Below are positions 62,968-64,000 of a stretch of DNA of 64,000 nt, in pieces; the stretch's first letter is position 1, and every line of letters begins with the position of its first letter. The notes beneath the pieces are model-generated. The model searched no databases, was not told the origin of the DNA, and saw only the letters and a list, made by a program, of their open reading frames with translations. The position numbers were made by a program, and so were the translations under genes. The stretch is from Lachnospiraceae bacterium (GTDB lineage Bacteria; Bacillota; Clostridia; Lachnospirales; Lachnospiraceae), in assembly GCA_017518735.1 (NCBI GenBank), contig JAFWTY010000033.1, forward strand, positions 35,165 to 99,164, written 5' to 3'.

Positions 62968-63624
62968 CTATTCTTTCGCGACCGGTTTCTTCACCGATAC
63001 ACTGATTCCGTCACCTACCGTAAGGATTACCGTATCGAGTAACGGATTATGTTTCAGTTCATAGAGGTAATCCCTCATTCTGGTATGGATTGTCCGATTT
63101 CTTCGACAAACCGCGTATCTGGACTCCATCACGTCGCCGTCCTGCAATACATTGTCTGTAATCAGCATTCCGCCATCTTCAAGAAGTCTCATTACTTCCG
63201 GCAAAAAATGAATGTACTGTCCCTTTGCGGCATCCATAAAGATGAAATCATACCGTCCTACAAGTGTAGGAAGAATTTCCGTAGCATCCCCTTCCATAAG
63301 GGTAATCTTATTTCCGAATTCCGACTTCGCAATATTCTCTTTTGCAATCGGAATACGTTTTTCGTATTTCTCTATTGTGGTAATGACAGCATCCTCTTCG
63401 GAATACTCTGCCATAAGTAATGCGGAAAAGCCTGTCGCGGTTCCGACCTCCAGAATCCTGCGAGGCTTTCTGACAGAGAGAATGAATCTTAAGAATCCCT
63501 GCATATCCTTTCGGATAATCGGTACATTCCCTTCGATTGCTTCTTTTTCAATCTGATCCAGAAAAGGAGAATTGCCCTCGTCCAGAGAATTGATAAAGGT
63601 TGTTCTTCTTTCGTTTGAAATCAA
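62968..63624 (-). CDS. class I SAM-dependent O-methyltransferase (YrrM/TrmR-like)
   Basis: TTG start with SD AAGAGGA at 7-nt spacing. ILEVGTATGFSAL, IFMDAAKGQY. Confidence 0.8.
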   Translation of the reverse strand: MISNERRTTFINSLDEGNSPFLDQIEKEAIEGNVPIIRKDMQGFLRFILSVRKPRRILEVGTATGFSALLMAEYSEEDAVITTIEKYEKRIPIAKENIAKSEFGNKITLMEGDATEILPTLVGRYDFIFMDAAKGQYIHFLPEVMRLLEDGGMLITDNVLQDGDVMESRYAVCRRNRTIHTRMRDYLYELKHNPLLDTVILTVGDGISVSVKKPVAKE

Positions 63625-63640
63625 GACTCTGTCCTCTTTT

Positions 63641-64000
63641 CTAATTCTCTTCGGATTCCGGCTCTTCGCTTTCCGTCTCGGTGTCTTCCTCGGTACTTTC
63701 GTCTTCGCGGACGAAGTTTCCTTCCGTCTCTTCCTGCTCTGCTGCCATGATAGCCATCATTTCAAGCGGAGTCATGGATGTATTAAGCGTATATGCTCCG
63801 GGCTTTAACTCACCGGCATACTCGCTGAATTTCTCCTGCCATACAAACAGGCCGCCATCGCGGATTAAACCTTTTTCTTCCAGAAGCTTTCCGATTTCTT
63901 TAACGCTCTTTCCTTCTACTATTGCTACGTTAACATCAATTCCCGGTTCACGATCCACCGGTTTTTCCGCAAAAATACGGAACCCGTAGTCATATGCAAA
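63641..64000 (-). CDS. partial CDS (5' end outside the window): C-terminus resembling the MltG/YceG N-terminal LysM-like domain, followed by an acidic tail
   Basis: The frame is open to the window edge (...FAYDYGFRIFAEKPVDREPGIDVNVAIVEGKSVKEIGKLLEEKGLIRDGG...GAYTLNTSMTPLEMMAIM...). It ends in an E/S/T-rich tail with no YceG catalytic domain. Confidence 0.5.
   Translation of the reverse strand, partial: FAYDYGFRIFAEKPVDREPGIDVNVAIVEGKSVKEIGKLLEEKGLIRDGGLFVWQEKFSEYAGELKPGAYTLNTSMTPLEMMAIMAAEQEETEGNFVREDESTEEDTETESEEPESEEN

Noticed and set aside
43-64000. ORF-track N-terminal extensions (for example 822, 7091, 13667, 19867, 32443, 46290, 48447, 50237 and 61707).
   Set aside because: The extended starts are TTG, GTG or upstream ATG codons without an SD, and they often run into the preceding gene. 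Internal ATG codons with GGAGG-like sites and family-typical N-termini are preferred.
1-64000. A search for mobile elements, prophage remnants, CRISPR arrays, toxin-antitoxin pairs, defence systems, tRNA and rRNA.
   Set aside because: No transposase, integrase or recombinase motifs, no short regularly spaced repeats, no small paired ORFs in the few intergenic gaps, and no tRNA-like or rRNA-like sequence could be seen. The window appears to be stable chromosomal backbone.

Overview
The window reads as a chromosomal segment from a low-to-moderate GC Gram-positive organism, probably a Clostridia or Lachnospiraceae-like Firmicute. That placement is inferred from GGAGG-type ribosome binding sites, gene content and operon style. 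I call 57 protein-coding features and 54 are on the minus strand. I saw no tRNA, rRNA, CRISPR array, transposase or integrase.

About 45 kb (roughly 900..49700) is devoted to cell-envelope glycan biogenesis.

- Core assembly module (27173..37635): an initiating polyprenyl-phosphate hexose-1-P transferase, a Wzz-like protein, an EpsG-type polymerase, GT2 and GT4 transferases and an MsbA/PglK-like ABC exporter. There is no Wzx flippase.
- Decoration array (8703..26116), directly downstream and separated only by the soluble GT2 at 26117..27163, with almost no intergenic space. It holds four GtrB/ArnC-type polyprenyl-phosphate sugar synthases interleaved with large polytopic (GT-C-like) membrane proteins.
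- Each decoration module appears to have its own sugar supply or modification genes: WecE plus a GNAT; ManA plus ManC; an acyltransferase-3 plus a stand-alone SGNH hydrolase.
- Two membrane-anchored GH25 muramidases flank the locus. An FHA-domain protein, a DUF212/PAP2-like protein and RmlD also lie inside it.

The right third is housekeeping: ispE, pyrD-pyrK-pyrC fused onto ddl-murF, glnN (type III), a U32 peptidase and an O-methyltransferase. It also holds an orphan prepilin-type gene, a preQ1-I riboswitch controlling queT, and a frameshifted nucleotidyltransferase paralog.

The best candidate for an undescribed system is the stacked array of lipid-carrier sugar synthase / GT-C-like modules attached to a Wzx-less, Wzy-type core. 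Smaller oddities:

- an in-frame TAG splitting a 608-codon GT-C-like ORF;
- a catalytically dead SGNH paralog;
- a Wzz fused to a degenerate kinase-like domain;
- an apparently leaderless gene embedded antisense in the array.

All functional calls come from motif and architecture recognition by eye. No database search was possible. Several ORF-track starts are TTG or GTG extensions, and I trimmed them to ATG (or GTG/TTG) codons that have a Shine-Dalgarno (SD) sequence.
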